Assembly (NCBI GenBank): GCA_963693365.1
Contig: CAVNZM010000017.1
Coordinates: forward strand, 2,719,527 to 2,783,526
From: Amoebidium appalachense
Lineage: Eukaryota > Protista > Ichthyosporea
DNA: 64,000 nt
Reading direction: 5' to 3'
Shown here: positions 1 to 30,038 of the stretch, piece after piece
How positions within the stretch are numbered: position 1 is the first letter of the stretch
Layout: every line of letters starts with the position of its first letter
Program-made: the position numbers and the translations under genes
The notes under the pieces: model-generated
What the model saw: only the letters and a program-made list of their open reading frames with translations
The model's database searches: none
What the model was told of the DNA's origin: nothing

Positions 1-379
1 CAGTGTGCTGCGCCGGAAATACCGGCGCTGGTGGCGCCTGACGTCAGGCGCTGCGCCAGACCGATGTCAGCCGCCGCTGCGGCTGCGCCTGGCGCCGCGG
101 CCCGTGACGTCATGGGCCGCCCGGCTGCCTGCGCCCGAAGTGATCCGTGAAACATCTTTCATCTGCTGCGCATATGAAACGTACATATATATGCAATTTC
201 GTGGTTTCGACGGCGGCAGAAAAACATAATACTTAGAGTTGGTGGTGCGGCTGTGTGAAAAGTGGACACTTAGTAATTAACAACAAATAAACACGTACAC
301 GCGTCCTATGTTATGTGTTTTACACCTCCTATGCTTTTTGTACGCATCTGTATAGTAATCGTGGTAGATAGTTTTCAAG

Positions 380-460
380 ATGCCTGCCTGTGTAGCTGAG
401 TGGTGTGGAAACCCCAAGGAAAAAGATCCACACGTTCCATGGTTTCATAGGCTCATCTAG
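380..460 (+). pseudogene. Possible truncated THAP-type zinc-finger N-terminus (transposon relic)
   Basis: Reads MPACVAEWCGNPKEKDPHVPWFHRLI*. This resembles the MPxCxxxxCxN...FHR start of THAP domains, but it stops early and the remaining C/H ligands were not found. Confidence 0.3.
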
Positions 461-1321
461 AAATGAAGAGACAATATTGCAATTGAAGAGTGTAAACTAA
501 CTTGAGCGTTTGGCTGCGTTTGGGTAAACTAAAAAGTACATAGACGAAGAAAGACACGCTCTGGATTACCTCAGAGATCCACGCTCACATCCTGCCCCAC
601 CTCCACGGTCACCCACTCCAAAAAAGTAAGAAGAAGGGATCTGGAAAGGAACACAGCTCTAAAAAACGCGAAAGTAACGCAGGGCGCAAGAATTCATCTC
701 TATGGCACCTTAAGAAACTTTCCTTATGCTCAACCACTTTCATCTAGAACACATCGGAAAGATGGCAAGCTTTAGCAGATCGTCTGCCCTTGGAACATGC
801 CAAAGAGCCCGTTCTTGCACACCCTTCGCGGGTTCGCCTGTGTAATAAAAATTAAGGCGGAAGCTCATACGGAAATACGAGAATAGCTTAGTGAGCGGGG
901 TGATCACGAGATGATGAGGAAGGGGTTAAAGAGAGAGACCTACTGGTGAAAAAGCGACGCAACATGCAAGTTGCGAACGAGCTGCCTAGCGGTGATGCGG
1001 AAGATGAGTCTTTGAAAGCCGAAAACAAAAGAACAAGACGTTGGAAGGGGGAGGGGGGTGGGGGAAGGCAAGGGATGGGGGGGGGGGGGGGGAGGGGGGG
1101 GGGGGGAAGGGTGGGAGATAAAGAGAGAGAGAGAGCGAGAGAGAGAGAGAGCGGGGGGGGGGGGGGAGGAGAGAGAGAGAGAGAGAGAGAGAAAGGGAGA
1201 GAGTGAGAGAGAGAGCTTGGGGGAGAGGGGAGGGGTAGGGAGGGGGGGGGGGGGGGGTGGCACAGATTGTCCTCCTGACATTCTCATTATTTCATGATTT
1301 TAGAACTTAAAAACTTCGTTT

Positions 1322-1370
<49 letters not shown>

Positions 1371-1612
1371 GGAGGAGGGAGAGAACATGTAGGAAGGGGG
1401 AGGGGGGGGGGGGGGGGGGGGGGGGGATGCTGAGGAAGGTCGAGAACGAACAGGAAGGGAAGGCATGGGTGTGTGAAGGCGAGAGAGGGGGGGGAGGAAG
1501 GGGGGGGGGGGATATGAGCGCGCGTGGCGAAAGGGTAAGGAGGTGGGGGGGGGGGGGAGGGGCTCGGGGGAGGGTCAGAGAGTAAGGAGGGGGGAAGGTC
1601 TTGGTGTCACGT

Positions 1613-1643
<31 letters not shown>

Positions 1644-2312
1644 GGGGGGGGGATATAGGGGTTGCTGAGGGCCGAGGCGGCAGAAAGGGTACCGACACAG
1701 GGAAGGGTAGGGGATTCCGTGGACCGTGGGCCACTCCGATCCCTCGCGGCTCGACTCATTCTCAATGAGATAACCTGTTTGCAAGTGCAAAGTGGGAAAG
1801 CTTTTATAAATGGCTTCCCGTGACAATATGACATCCGTTCTTGCAATAATGAATCATGCATTTATGTGCCATTCTTCGAGCTCGAAATAGCCCAGGTTGA
1901 GCTCGAGGACGTGGCCCCCACTGACATATGCACATGACGGCGAGATCTCTGCGCTGCCTTTGCAACTGAATTTGGCTAAGCTGGCCCAAGAAGTGCATGC
2001 GGGCATCGATCATCATTGGGGTGAACGGTTAACGTGTGTGCACGTGCTCAAGCAATCAACGTTAGTGCACGTGACACTGTGTCAATCAGCATTCCAATGA
2101 TTATGTAGCTAATAATTATATTAAGCTAACTAAAATTAGTGTACATGTGGCAATGAGATAATCAGTTTGCAGCATATCGGTCAGCACCGTCGGCCATGAA
2201 TTGTGCTGCAGGTGGTGACCATGCATGACGACATAAACAGTTTTTTTTTTCTTGGGGGGGGGGGGGGGGGGGGGGGGGGGGAGGGGGGGGGATGGAGGGC
2301 CATATGTGTCCT

Positions 2313-4117
<1,805 letters not shown>

Positions 4118-5412
4118 TGCTGTTTTTTTTTCGCCCACGGCAATAAAAAAGCATGATATTAGGCGAATGGTCTATCCTTAAAACGCACCAGTGCGCTCCC
4201 TCCCAATCGTAAACACGCGCTGACCCCCCTTTCACCCAATCAGATACCGCCCGCCCCCCTCCCTTGCGGGTGCCATATGTGTCCTGTACTATTGCATGAA
4301 TATCAATCTTCTGCAATAGTAATAATACTCATCGTAGTAGCCCTTTTTATTGTGTTTATTATTATTATTAATATTGCTGACACCTACCTCACCACTTTGT
4401 AAATTTACACAACACAAATCGAGTGTAGTCTGACCATGCACGACGTGTCTGTGAGCATGCACCGATTCCTTCCTTCGCCAAGCGGCATCATTTTATAGAC
4501 TGATTTATAGTAACAATTATAATAAATACAATTAAATTTTGCACAGGCAGGCACCCCTCAAAATCCAGACCTTTGTTTTTTGTTCTGTTCGACCTTCAAA
4601 CAGTTACTGCCACTCGTTAGTGTCCTCAGCCGGACAGTGGCTTAAGGCTGCGCCGTGCGCATGTCATGGCTACTGCTTTATTTAGTAGTAAGCATGCATA
4701 TGCTACAGGTGTGCACCTTCGAACCACAAGTTATTAACCTCGCAAGATATGCATCATCTTCAATACATACTCAAATACATTTCTAGCACACAGCCTATCT
4801 ATGGGAAGCCTGGAAGAGCCACGAAAGACTTGTGCAGTAACAAAAACATTGTATCATAGTGATACAGCGACCTTGGTATCCATTAGTGTCTTATATTAAT
4901 TCCGTCAGCCAGGCCAAACTTGAATTTACTAATGGGCAATAGAAATAAATCAAACGAAACAAACGAAACAAAGAACGTTATACTGCCTAGGTGTAATGCA
5001 AACATACCTCATACATGCTACTAGCTAGACCCCCCCCCCCCCCCCCCCCCTCCCCCCCCCCCCCCCCACCCGCCCCCCTAAACGGTGCACCACCAACCCC
5101 AACCCCACCCACCCACATGATCATTATCAAAGAACACACCACCGCCACCCGTAAAACCAAGCTTTGCCAAACAAAAACAATTCGGCAAGGTCCAAACAGT
5201 GTTATCTGACAAATTTTTGACTTCTTTCATCAAGGGAGCTCGTGCACAAGTCCACCATGTATGTATGCTTCATTCTTTTGCGTTGTAAGCCCCCCCCCCC
5301 CCCCCCATCCCCCGGGAACAAAAAAAACCACCACCACCACTACGACCACCACCAAGGACAACAACAAAAAAGAAAGAAAGAAAGAAAAATGAAGAATACG
5401 CATGTACAGTCG

Positions 5413-19683
<14,271 letters not shown>

Positions 19684-20706
19684 AGTTGCCAGCTCACAGT
19701 TTTGTCTCCGTATAACTAGTAAATGGCGTGAAATGCAAAATAGCACCCCTAAACTTATATAAAGGAAAACACTTACGCCGTTTGCTACGTTCAACGATCA
19801 AAAAGGGAGACCAATGAGCAAATGGTCTAACCAGGCACACGTGGCTCAATGTTTGTGTTAATTGTGGTGTGCAACCGACCTCAGAAGAAATGTAGTGATG
19901 CAGATAAATGTATCGAGCTTGTACCACATACAATGGGTGTCCTGCCTTGAAATCTATCTAGATCACCATGGCCAGTTGCATTGGTTCGATGATGGATAAG
20001 CAAACCCACCCAACAAATTGCCACAAATTGCAGGTGCTTCGCGCCGGAATGATGCCAAAAAAAGCAAAATGGGTTAAAAAACGGCCCTATAATTTTTCTA
20101 AAGTTGGCTCAAATGCATAAACTTGGTAACTACTATTCTATGCTTGTTCCTGAGTTATTATTGCACAAAAAATAAACACCTACAAAATGCACGAAGTGCT
20201 TTTCCGCCCTGACGGCGTTCCTGGCGTGTCGTCAGCGCACAACCAGAATTAATCTAAAACAGATAACTTACAAGAACAATATTACAACACTGTTACTAAC
20301 ATATGGGCGTAATGTAGTGTTTTATGACGTCATAAATGTGCAGACTATTTCGTGCAAGGCGGGCACATGGCCGCATGCGTCAAAGCCACGCCATTGAGCG
20401 GGACAATCCTCGCCCAGTGCTTTCTTGCCATATATGGTTAGGTAGGCTCATTGAAATTCCCTATTCCGATTGGTGCGCTACTTTACAGTGTTCCTATTGG
20501 GTGGCGACTGACCTCAAACGCAGCCTCTCATCTATAAAACCTGTTCCGTTCGTGATCATTTCACACTGCCAGCCTTCAACAAAAAATTTTTTTTCATGCT
20601 CTAACACAAAGAAGCGTCCACACAATTGCAATCACCTCTTATTCACAAAAATCTGGTAAACAACGCACATTATTTCATCTTTTTGAAAAGTTTTGTTGCT
20701 TCAAAA
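19684..20706. promoter_or_regulatory. Divergent (head-to-head) promoter region between PDSS1 and Fe-ADH
   Basis: Microsatellite-free 1-kb interval between the two start codons. It contains TGACGTCA (~20325), inverted CCAAT boxes (ATTGG at ~20469 and ~20496) and TATAAAA (~20533) upstream of the ADH ATG. Confidence 0.55.
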
Positions 20707-21874
20707 ATGGCGACTATTCTCCTCCCACGCCAGATGATTGTCGGTGGCGGTAGCGTCGCCCAGCTTCCTAGAGTTGTTGCCTCCCTCGGTTTCCGCAAAC
20801 CTCTCATTCTTTCTGATGCCTTTCTCAAGCAAATAGGCCAAGTTGACAAAGTGAGCGGCCTTTTGGACAACGCAAATATCAAACACACAACATGCACAGA
20901 CACAATCCCCGACCCCACCTCTGATAGTGTCGATTTGGTCGTTTCGAGAATCAAAGCAGACAAGAATGACGGTATCATTGCCTTGGGGGGAGGGAGTCCC
21001 ATGGACACAGCTAAAGCCGCGGGTGTTTTGGCTACACACGGGGGCAAGATGAGAGACTACAAAGCGCCGCGTTCTTTCGACAACGACTCGATGAAACTAA
21101 TTGCCATCCCAACTACCGCCGGGACGGGTTCTGAGGCAACACGGTTCACCATCGTTACAGACGTCGAGAGTGGTGAAAAGATGTTGTGCATCGGTCTTGC
21201 CTATCTCCCCACCGCTGCTATTGTCGACTATGAATTCACAATGAAGAAGCCCCTCCGGCTGACAGCAGACACGGGGATAGACAGTCTCACACACGCCATT
21301 GAGGCATACGTGAGCGCAAAACGAAACCCGTTCGCCGATACTTTTGCACTCGCGGCTATGAAGGCGATAAGTGAAAACATCCGCACTGTGTGCACTACGC
21401 CCGACAACAGGCCGGCGCGCGAGGCCATGATGCTCGCAGCCACACAGGCAGGCATTGCATTCTCAAACTCATCCGTGTGTTTGGTTCACGGAATGTCCCG
21501 GCCTTTGGGTGCGTTTTTCCACATCCCCCATGGTCTTTCTAACGCCATGCTGCTCCCCGCCATCACCGCATTCTCCGCCGGCGCCGCGTCAAAGAGGTAT
21601 GCAGAATGTTCCAGACAGATGGGTTGGGCCACGAACGCAGACAGCGATGACAAAGCCATTTCCATTCCTCCTGGATGGGTTAAAGAAGCTCAACACGGAC
21701 TTGAAGGTGCCCACGCTTGCCGATTATGGCGTGTCACGTGACAAGTTCTTCTCGGTCATTCCCACCATGGCTCAGCAGGCGTTGGCGTCCGGCTCACCCA
21801 ACAACAACCCAAAGGTGCCGACACAGGCGGAGATCGAGAAACTGTTTGCGGACATTTATGATGGCAAGGCATGA
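20707..21874 (+). CDS. Iron-containing (group III) alcohol dehydrogenase, intronless, bacterial-type; apparent one-base insertion near 21660-21665
   Basis: MATILLPRQMIVGGGS...ALGGGSPMDTAK...IPTTAGTGSE...TADTGIDSLTHAIEAYVS...LVHGMSRPLGAFFHIPHGLSNAMLLP, which includes the NAD-binding GGGS and the Asp/His/His/His metal ligands. The C-terminus FLLDGLKKLNTDLKVPT...ALASGSPNNNPKVP...* continues in another frame. Confidence 0.92.
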
Positions 21875-22134
21875 GCGGGCATCGGGTGACGAAGAGGCAT
21901 TAGCAATTATCGTACTGCCCGTTGTCGCTTACACACTGAGTGGGTGAATCTCTTTTTATCGCTTCTTCACTTTTTCCGAAAGTTATTTCTCTGTGCTACA
22001 CATGAACGTGTTTCGTGGTGCCACTGGATGTATCTACAGGTAATGTTTGAGAAGCACCTTCTTTGTTTCTTTTTGTTGGTGGGGACGGGGAGGGAAGGGT
22101 ATGAGGGAGGCGGGGGGGTTAAAAGGAGGGAGAG

Positions 22135-22175
<41 letters not shown>

Positions 22176-22546
22176 GGTGTTGCCCCACATATAACATACG
22201 AGGGTTTAGTATTTAATTTTTAAATGATCGGGGACGACTGCGCATGTTGCCGTTTCTAAACAAATTAGGGAAATGTGCGCAAAAACGACTTGATATCTCG
22301 AAATTTGGTCCCATATATTGCAGAAACATCCCAGCTGGCCCTGCAGGATGTGGATATCATTTTTTGGTGACCCAACGGCTACCATGTCTCCCCAGTCCCC
22401 CCCTCCCCCCTCCTCCCCCCCTCCCCCTCCCCCCTCCCCTTCTCCCCCTTTCCAGCCCCTCCCCCCCCAAACACACACACACACACATGTACACACACCA
22501 CAGCAACACACGTATACACACACACACACAGGCACTACCTTAAGCT

Positions 22547-22577
<31 letters not shown>

Positions 22578-22581
22578 TTGC

Positions 22582-22669
22582 CTGCTTATTATGCATACTC
22601 TGTGTGGTTTGCACTCTGCATCGTGTTGTCCGTTGTTATGTGTACTTCGTGCTTTATGGCCTATTCAAC
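22582..22669 (+). mobile_element. Poly(C)-anchored repeat, subfamily A', opposite orientation, intergenic
   Basis: CTGCTTATTATGCATACTC...GCACTCTGCATCGTGTTGTCCGTT...TATTCAAC followed by a C-run. It is the reverse complement of the A/A' copies. Confidence 0.7.
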
Positions 22670-23045
22670 ACCCCGCCTTCCCCCACCCCCGCCTCGGACC
22701 CCCCCTTTCACATGTGCGCATGCCAACTCAATTTAATACAAGCCCCTTGCCAACCCTCTTTCCCCCCTCCCCCCCCCCCCCCCCCCCCCCCCTCCCAACC
22801 ACCACCACCACCACCACCACCACCACTGCACTCCCGCCTGTCCCACTCAACCCAACAACTCTTTGCCAGTCACGGCATGTGCATGGAGATGTATCTCGAT
22901 CGCGTCAGCCATATATGATTTGCAATTGCATGCCTCCGGATCCATGGCCACTCTAAATACCCCTGCCCCGGGAGCCCCCCTCCCCTCCCCCTCTCCCCCA
23001 CCACCCCGTGGAGCCCCAGGTACTGTGGCCGGGCCGACCCCCCCC

Positions 23046-23094
<49 letters not shown>

Positions 23095-23345
23095 CACCAC
23101 CATGGCCACCACCAAAAACTTGATATACACACCCCCCCCCCCCCCCCCCCCCCAATCACCACCATGGCCACCACCAAAAACTTGATATACACATGTGCAC
23201 ACATGCATCCCGACTGCCATCGGTAGCTATTATAAAGGGCCTCAATTGGATTGATCCCAAGCCAGTGTGATCACCACTAGCCGCAATCGTACCACACACT
23301 GAGCTCGATCGCGACCATCTCGAGCTCAGAATCATTATTTTTTGT

Positions 23346-23378
<33 letters not shown>

Positions 23379-23893
23379 CCCCTTTTCCTCCATAATGATA
23401 ATGATTACAACGTACGATAGTATATATACGGACATACTCATAATTATATAGGCCCATGCCTTGCTGCAAACATAACTAACATGTTGCATAATTTAAAGTT
23501 GTACAGATCTATGCCATACTACATATATATCCAGTCTAATTTGCTTTCTTTATCGCTCATGAGTGAAAAAAAAGGTGATATTCAACATATTATTTTCAAG
23601 TCTAGTCCTTCCCATTACTTGAACTTTGGTGATGGTACGTGGTGGTGATGGTGATGGTGATGGTGATGGTGGTGGTGGTTGGGGGGGGGGGGGGGGGGGA
23701 GGGGGGGGTAAATGCGTCATAAAGTACGAAGTACACATGAACAACGGATAACACGGATATGGTCATGCTTGGTTTCTTTTCTTTTCTTTTTCTTTTCTTT
23801 TTTTTTTGGTTTCTTTTCTTTTCTGTTCTTTTTTTTTTATTTGCGTACGTGTGTTTTCATGTGCACATGTCACTGCATTGGAGTGAATATGCG

Positions 23894-23953
<60 letters not shown>

Positions 23954-24784
23954 CGCGCCCGCGCTTGTGCATGTGCGTGTGTGTGTGTGTGTGTGTATGT
24001 AATTCTGTGCGCGAATTTATGATTTTGTGTGTGCGTTAACAATTGTATTTGTGTGTGCACGCGGCGCCGCGACGTTCGTGTGTGTCTGTGAGTACATAAA
24101 CTGGTGTGGGCAGAACTCACGATCCACACCCCACCAAAAAAGATCACACCTTCTCAGACACCATCATAACAGTTCGCCGACCATTTATTTGTCAAAAGCA
24201 AAAAAAAACTCAAAACTTAACCCGGTGTATGAATTATAGCAAACAATTATAATGTATAAAACCATAAAATTAATGTCCGGACCGGGGGCTCTACTGTTCA
24301 CATCCTTCATATGATTCTCTCTTTCGCAGAACAGAGAACTCGCCCAAGTCTTAAGTGCCTTGTTTTTCCTTTTTTTTTTTGTTCTCTTAAATTAACCAAA
24401 GAAGCAAAACACCGTTTTTAAATCCCTGAAAAAAACATTCAATTAAACAACCATGTTTACACCATTATCAAAGCAACCCAGAAAGAAGCCTGGGAAACAA
24501 CACAACGCAACAGGCTAGTTAAAACTAAACAGGAGGGATTTCCATTTCTATTAGCGTTCCGTATCACTCTGTTCCACTTGTCCAGTGAATCGAAAAAAAA
24601 GTTAAAAAGCATTAACCGATTACGTGCGAATACATTTTGCCATTTTTGTGGGGAAGAAAGACCGAGAAAGCAACCAGGATACCCTTTTGGCTTCCGCCTT
24701 TTATCACTTCTCGCAAATTAACGTTTTTCGCTATCATTTCCAGAACTTCTAACCAATTGTGCAATAACCTTTACCATCCACACC

Positions 24785-24815
<31 letters not shown>

Positions 24816-24860
24816 GCCCCCTTCCCCTTTCTCACTCCTCTCCAATCCCACACCAACCCA

Positions 24861-25344
24861 CTAACCCATATTTGGCCGCTGAGGAGTAGAACCCCCACTC
24901 CCTCCCCCCCCCGCACTGCTACTAAACTTTCTCGTCATGGTTGTAGGCATACTCTGTCTCCTCTCCATCGCCAACCCCTGGCCCCCTGCCCCTCCTTCCG
25001 GTGTACCCGTCTCCCTCCTCTCTCCCCTCTCCCCCCGCTCCTGTGGGGGAATCCCCCCTGCCTGGTTGTGCGTTCGAGCGCTTGCGCACGAGCGGAAGGG
25101 TGGTGGTGGTGGGTTGAGGCGGGGGAGGTGGGGGAGGCGGTGGGGAGAGGTCTGGGTTTGTCGGGTACGTGTCTGTGTCTTCGAGGGAGTCGATCTGCTT
25201 GCGAAGGAGACGGCACCGCCTGCTCGGGGGGAAGGGGGTTATTAGAGTGCGCTACCGAAAACAAGTGCACATTCTCGACGGAAAAGACAAGATTTTGCAA
25301 AGCACACACAGAGTATACATCATGATCACCCGGCCGGGGGGAGA

Positions 25345-25388
<44 letters not shown>

Positions 25389-25517
25389 TTTGTTGCCGAG
25401 TACGACGTACACATTCTGGAAGGACAACACAATGCAGATAGCAGAGCACACGCTAACAAGTATGCATAATAATGACGAACCCATCATCAAGAAGCCGGAG
25501 GCGTCCACGAGAAGAAA

Positions 25518-25555
<38 letters not shown>

Positions 25556-26274
25556 GAATGCGTCAAAAAGTACGAAGTACACAAGAACAAACGGATAACA
25601 CGATGCAGAATGCAAGCCATACATAAAGAGTATGCATAATAAGCAGAGCCCGTCCTCAGGCGGGGGCCCACGGGAGGGGGGGGGGGGGGGGGGATTAGAC
25701 GTAATGCTTAGAATCGGTGGATTAAGGTGTAAATAAGACGAGTGGCCGACGGGTGTGCATGTGTTGCATGTGATGTTTGCCATGTAGCTGTTCCTTCCCC
25801 CCCCCCCCCCCCCCCCTCCCCCCCTCCCTCCTCCTTCCCTCCCCCTACCCCCTTCTCTCTTACCTTCGTGACGGTGTGGGTGTTAAGTGTGTGCGTGCCC
25901 CCCCCCCCCCCCCCCCCCCTTTTTTTTGGTGGGGGGGGAGGGGAGGGGGATGTGGATGCACATGAAATGAAGAGACCATAAAACACAAACACACACAAAA
26001 CGACACAACACAACACCCACAAAACCAAAAAAGCAAAACAAAACACAAAAAAACAGAACTACATTGACACGTACATGTCAGTGGTGGTTGCAGCAACCCG
26101 TGCAGCCAGCAGACCCTTTGTTGCCTGGCGGCACTCCGAGGCAATCCTCTCCTCCGCATCCCTCATCCGCGCTAAGTCTTCACTGATCTGCTTGAGCTGT
26201 GGGGTGTGTACGTGTGTACGTGTACGTGTGTGTAGGTGTGTGTGGAAGTGTGTGAAAGGGTGTGTGTGTGTGTA

Positions 26275-26335
<61 letters not shown>

Positions 26336-26356
26336 TGGTGGTGATGGTGTGTGTGT

Positions 26357-26389
<33 letters not shown>

Positions 26390-26500
26390 GAAATGTGGTA
26401 TAGAGACTGACTTACAATTGCTATGCATACACCCACAGACACACATGAGGACACGTAATTCACCTATGTACCCCCCCCCCCCCCCCCCCCCCCCCCCCAC

Positions 26501-26560
<60 letters not shown>

Positions 26561-26577
26561 GGGAAGAAGAAAGGGAG

Positions 26578-26613
<36 letters not shown>

Positions 26614-26678
26614 AACCCAAGAGGCGAGTGTGAGCAACAAGGCAAGGAGACCAAGCCCATGGGGGATATAACCACTAT

Positions 26679-26709
<31 letters not shown>

Positions 26710-27031
26710 AAACAAACAAACAAACAAACAAACAAAAAAAAAATAAAAAATAACTATCCCACCTACCTACCCTCTGGTCTGTGACTGCCAGCCAGTCACA
26801 TGCGCCACCAACCCCATATCCTCCATAAGAAGCCAAAAAACAAAAAACAAAACAATAAAATAAAATAAATAAAAATATACATTTTTTTTTTTTTTTTAAA
26901 AAAAAAAGGAGCAACAGAGGAAGGAGATGCAAGATGCAAGACAAGTCGAAAATCAGACAAGGCACAGCCATAACCCGGGGAAATCCAAACCGGTCCGTCC
27001 TCCCTCTCCCCCCCAAAATCACAAACAATCA

Positions 27032-27098
<67 letters not shown>

Positions 27099-27936
27099 AC
27101 CCTCTTGTCTATAGCCTCCGACTGCCACCCAGCCACATGCGCCACCAACCCCTTATCCCACATAAGCTGCGCCTCCACCTGTTGCCTCCTCACCTCAGAG
27201 TCCCTCCTCTTCAGCAACCCTCCCACATCCTCCCCTACGTGCCCCTGCCCGTTTGCGTTTACGTTTATGTTCCCGTTTACGTCGCGCGAATGTCGACGGA
27301 AGGGCGTTTGGGAGATGAGCGGGCGGGGGAGGAGTGGGCCTGGGGTGGTTGGGGGTGCGAAGGCCGAAGGGTGCGGGTGCGGGTGGGTTCCGTTGATGGA
27401 TGGCGGTGTCATTAGAGGGGGTTTGCCTGCTGCGGCGGCTGTGGTGGTGGTGGTGGGGGGAGGGGGGAAGGGGGGGGGGGGGGGGGGGGGGGGGAGAGAG
27501 AGAGAGAGAGAGAGAGGGGGGGAGGGGGGAGGGAGAAGAGAGGGGGACGGGGAAACGGGGAGGGGGAGGGGAGGGAAGGTTATTTGAGTTAGGCTTCTGT
27601 ATGAATGTTTGTGTGGGTGTATGTCTGTGTTTTTTGTATGGTGTGCGTGTGTGTGTGTTGAGGGGAATGGAGGGGGAGATGGTTGTGTGAATATGTTGTG
27701 TTATAGGTGTTTTGTGTTGCCATGTAATTTGGTGAGTTGTCCTGGTGTGTGTGAGTATGTATGTGTTCGTGTGTGTGAACGCGCGCGCGTATGTGTGCAG
27801 GCGTGTGGATGTTTATGTGGACATGGGTGTGTTCGGCCGTGTTTAACAGAGGATGTGCAGGTAGCCTCACCCCCCCCCCCCACACACACACACACCCCTT
27901 TCTCTCTCTCTCTCTTTATTCTTTTGTGTGTGTGTG

Positions 27937-27987
<51 letters not shown>

Positions 27988-29951
27988 AAGGAGGGCATTT
28001 ACCAGAAGACACGGGAATTCCAGCAGGAGTATAGGGTGTACCGACAGAGGGACGGTGAAAGGGTGTCTGCTGCTGCTGGTGCATCCACAGGGGGGGGTCC
28101 AAGCGGCACGGCATTAGCCCCCCCAATGATCCCGGGGGATTGCTGCGGCGTTGCTGATTGGTGCATGTTTGGCGTCGACATTTGCCTCGCGGGGGGGATC
28201 GGAGCAAACCGGCTCACCTTTTGGGGGGTTTCAATAGCCGTTTGCGTAAATTGGGTGGTAGCTCCCCCAACTCCCCCTCCTACGGGAGCGGAGTCGCGTC
28301 TTTCCATCGCGAAAAAACGAGATGTCGCGTCACCGTTTACTCCGCTGGGCGCCGGGGAGGGAGAGGGAGAGGGGGAGTGGGAGTGGGAGTGGTTGGCGGA
28401 GGCGGCGGCGGCGGAGGGGACAGGAGCGGAAAAGCTACGTTCGAGGGGTATGGGGGGGTGGATACTGAAGGGCGGCTCAGGTCTATTGTCGCTGCGTAGA
28501 GAGTTATTGGAGTTCGCGTTCGTATCGCCGCCCAAAGAAGACCCCCCCCTTTCGCTGTCTCTCCTCTCGAGCTCAAGCGGGCGTCTCTCCCGCTCCGTCT
28601 CCCTCTCTCTTTCCCTCTCTCTCTCTCTCTGCCTCTGCCTCTCCTTCTCCTTTGACTGTTCTACCGCCATCCTCTCCCTCTCTCTCTCCCTGTCTCTCGC
28701 TCTGTCTTTCTGTTCTCTTTCCTGTTCAGGTGTAACTGTTCCCGCGTTCGCAAACAGAGTCTGCGCGACCCCGTTCGTGTTTTTACCTCCATCGGCCCTG
28801 TTATGTTCTTGTTGCGTGGGTGGGCGTGGGGGTTCCTTGTTTTCGTGCTTGGGCGTCTCTGGCGCCGCGGATCCGTTCATACCCGTGTGTGCGTGCGGGT
28901 GTGGGTGGGCGGGAGGGTGGGGGAGTGATGGGGGTACGGGTGGCTGGGGTGAATGATGTTGGCTGCTTGCTGCGTCTGTAAAAAAAGACAAAAACGGTGT
29001 CAGTAACTCTTCTTGAACCCTCCATGACGCCCCCCCCTCCCCCCCTCGTTCAATATTATTACCACGAAATGAACGGCGAAACGAATGGAATGCGAGCGCA
29101 AAAGAATACCTATACACACACGCACAAACACACAAACACAAACACACACACAACACACACACACAGAGACACACACACACGCACACACACACACATGCAC
29201 ACAGAGAGAGAGGGAGGGAGAGAGAGGCCTGCCCGTGCATCTCCCACACACATTACAAAACCACACACCATCCACCCAGACACCCTTCTACACAAGTGTT
29301 TGCTTTGCACAGACAAAAGCCCCACCGCAGCAAAAACCACACACAAACAGAACCTCTATCACAGCCCACTTCTTCACATATGAACACCAGGGATATCTCA
29401 CATGCAATGGGTCATTAGGCGTAAAAAAACCCCCCAGAGGAGGTTGGTGCATAATCTCATGTTTGCAATTTGGGTGTGGGCATGCAGGCATGCACCGACC
29501 ATGAGCGGATGGGTGGAAGGGCAGGCAAAAATGGATGGGGAAGAAAGATCCTGGCGCCGGGGGCCCCGGGGGTGGGTGGGGGGGGGGGCATAGAATGCGG
29601 AACACGGTACGAAGTACGCATACACGACGAGAAGCATGGTGCAGGACACATGCAAAGGCAAACATTCAAGTATGCAACATCAGCCATGTGCACAGTATGC
29701 GTCATAAGCAGAGCCCATCCTCAGGGAGGACCGGGTGGGGGGGGCATAGAATGCGGAACACGGTACGACGTGCAACTTATACACGGTGAGAAACAAAGGC
29801 AAAAATTCAAGTATGCAACATCGGCAACATGCGCAGTATGCAGCAGAGGCAGGGCCCATCCCCACAGGGGCCCAAGTCATCAATTGCACTTGTGGGGGAA
29901 AGAGGGGGGGGGGGGGTTGAATGTGGTGGTGGTGGTGGTGGTGTGGTGGGG

Positions 29952-30038
<87 letters not shown>

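Noticed and set aside
20670-21455. Antisense ORFs over the ADH gene
   Set aside because: They are shadow frames of the real coding strand.
25326-25508. Hydrophobic 'transmembrane' exon (MMGSSLLCILVSVCSAICIVL)
   Set aside because: It is a diverged copy of the poly(C)-anchored repeat, and the gene splices in frame without it.
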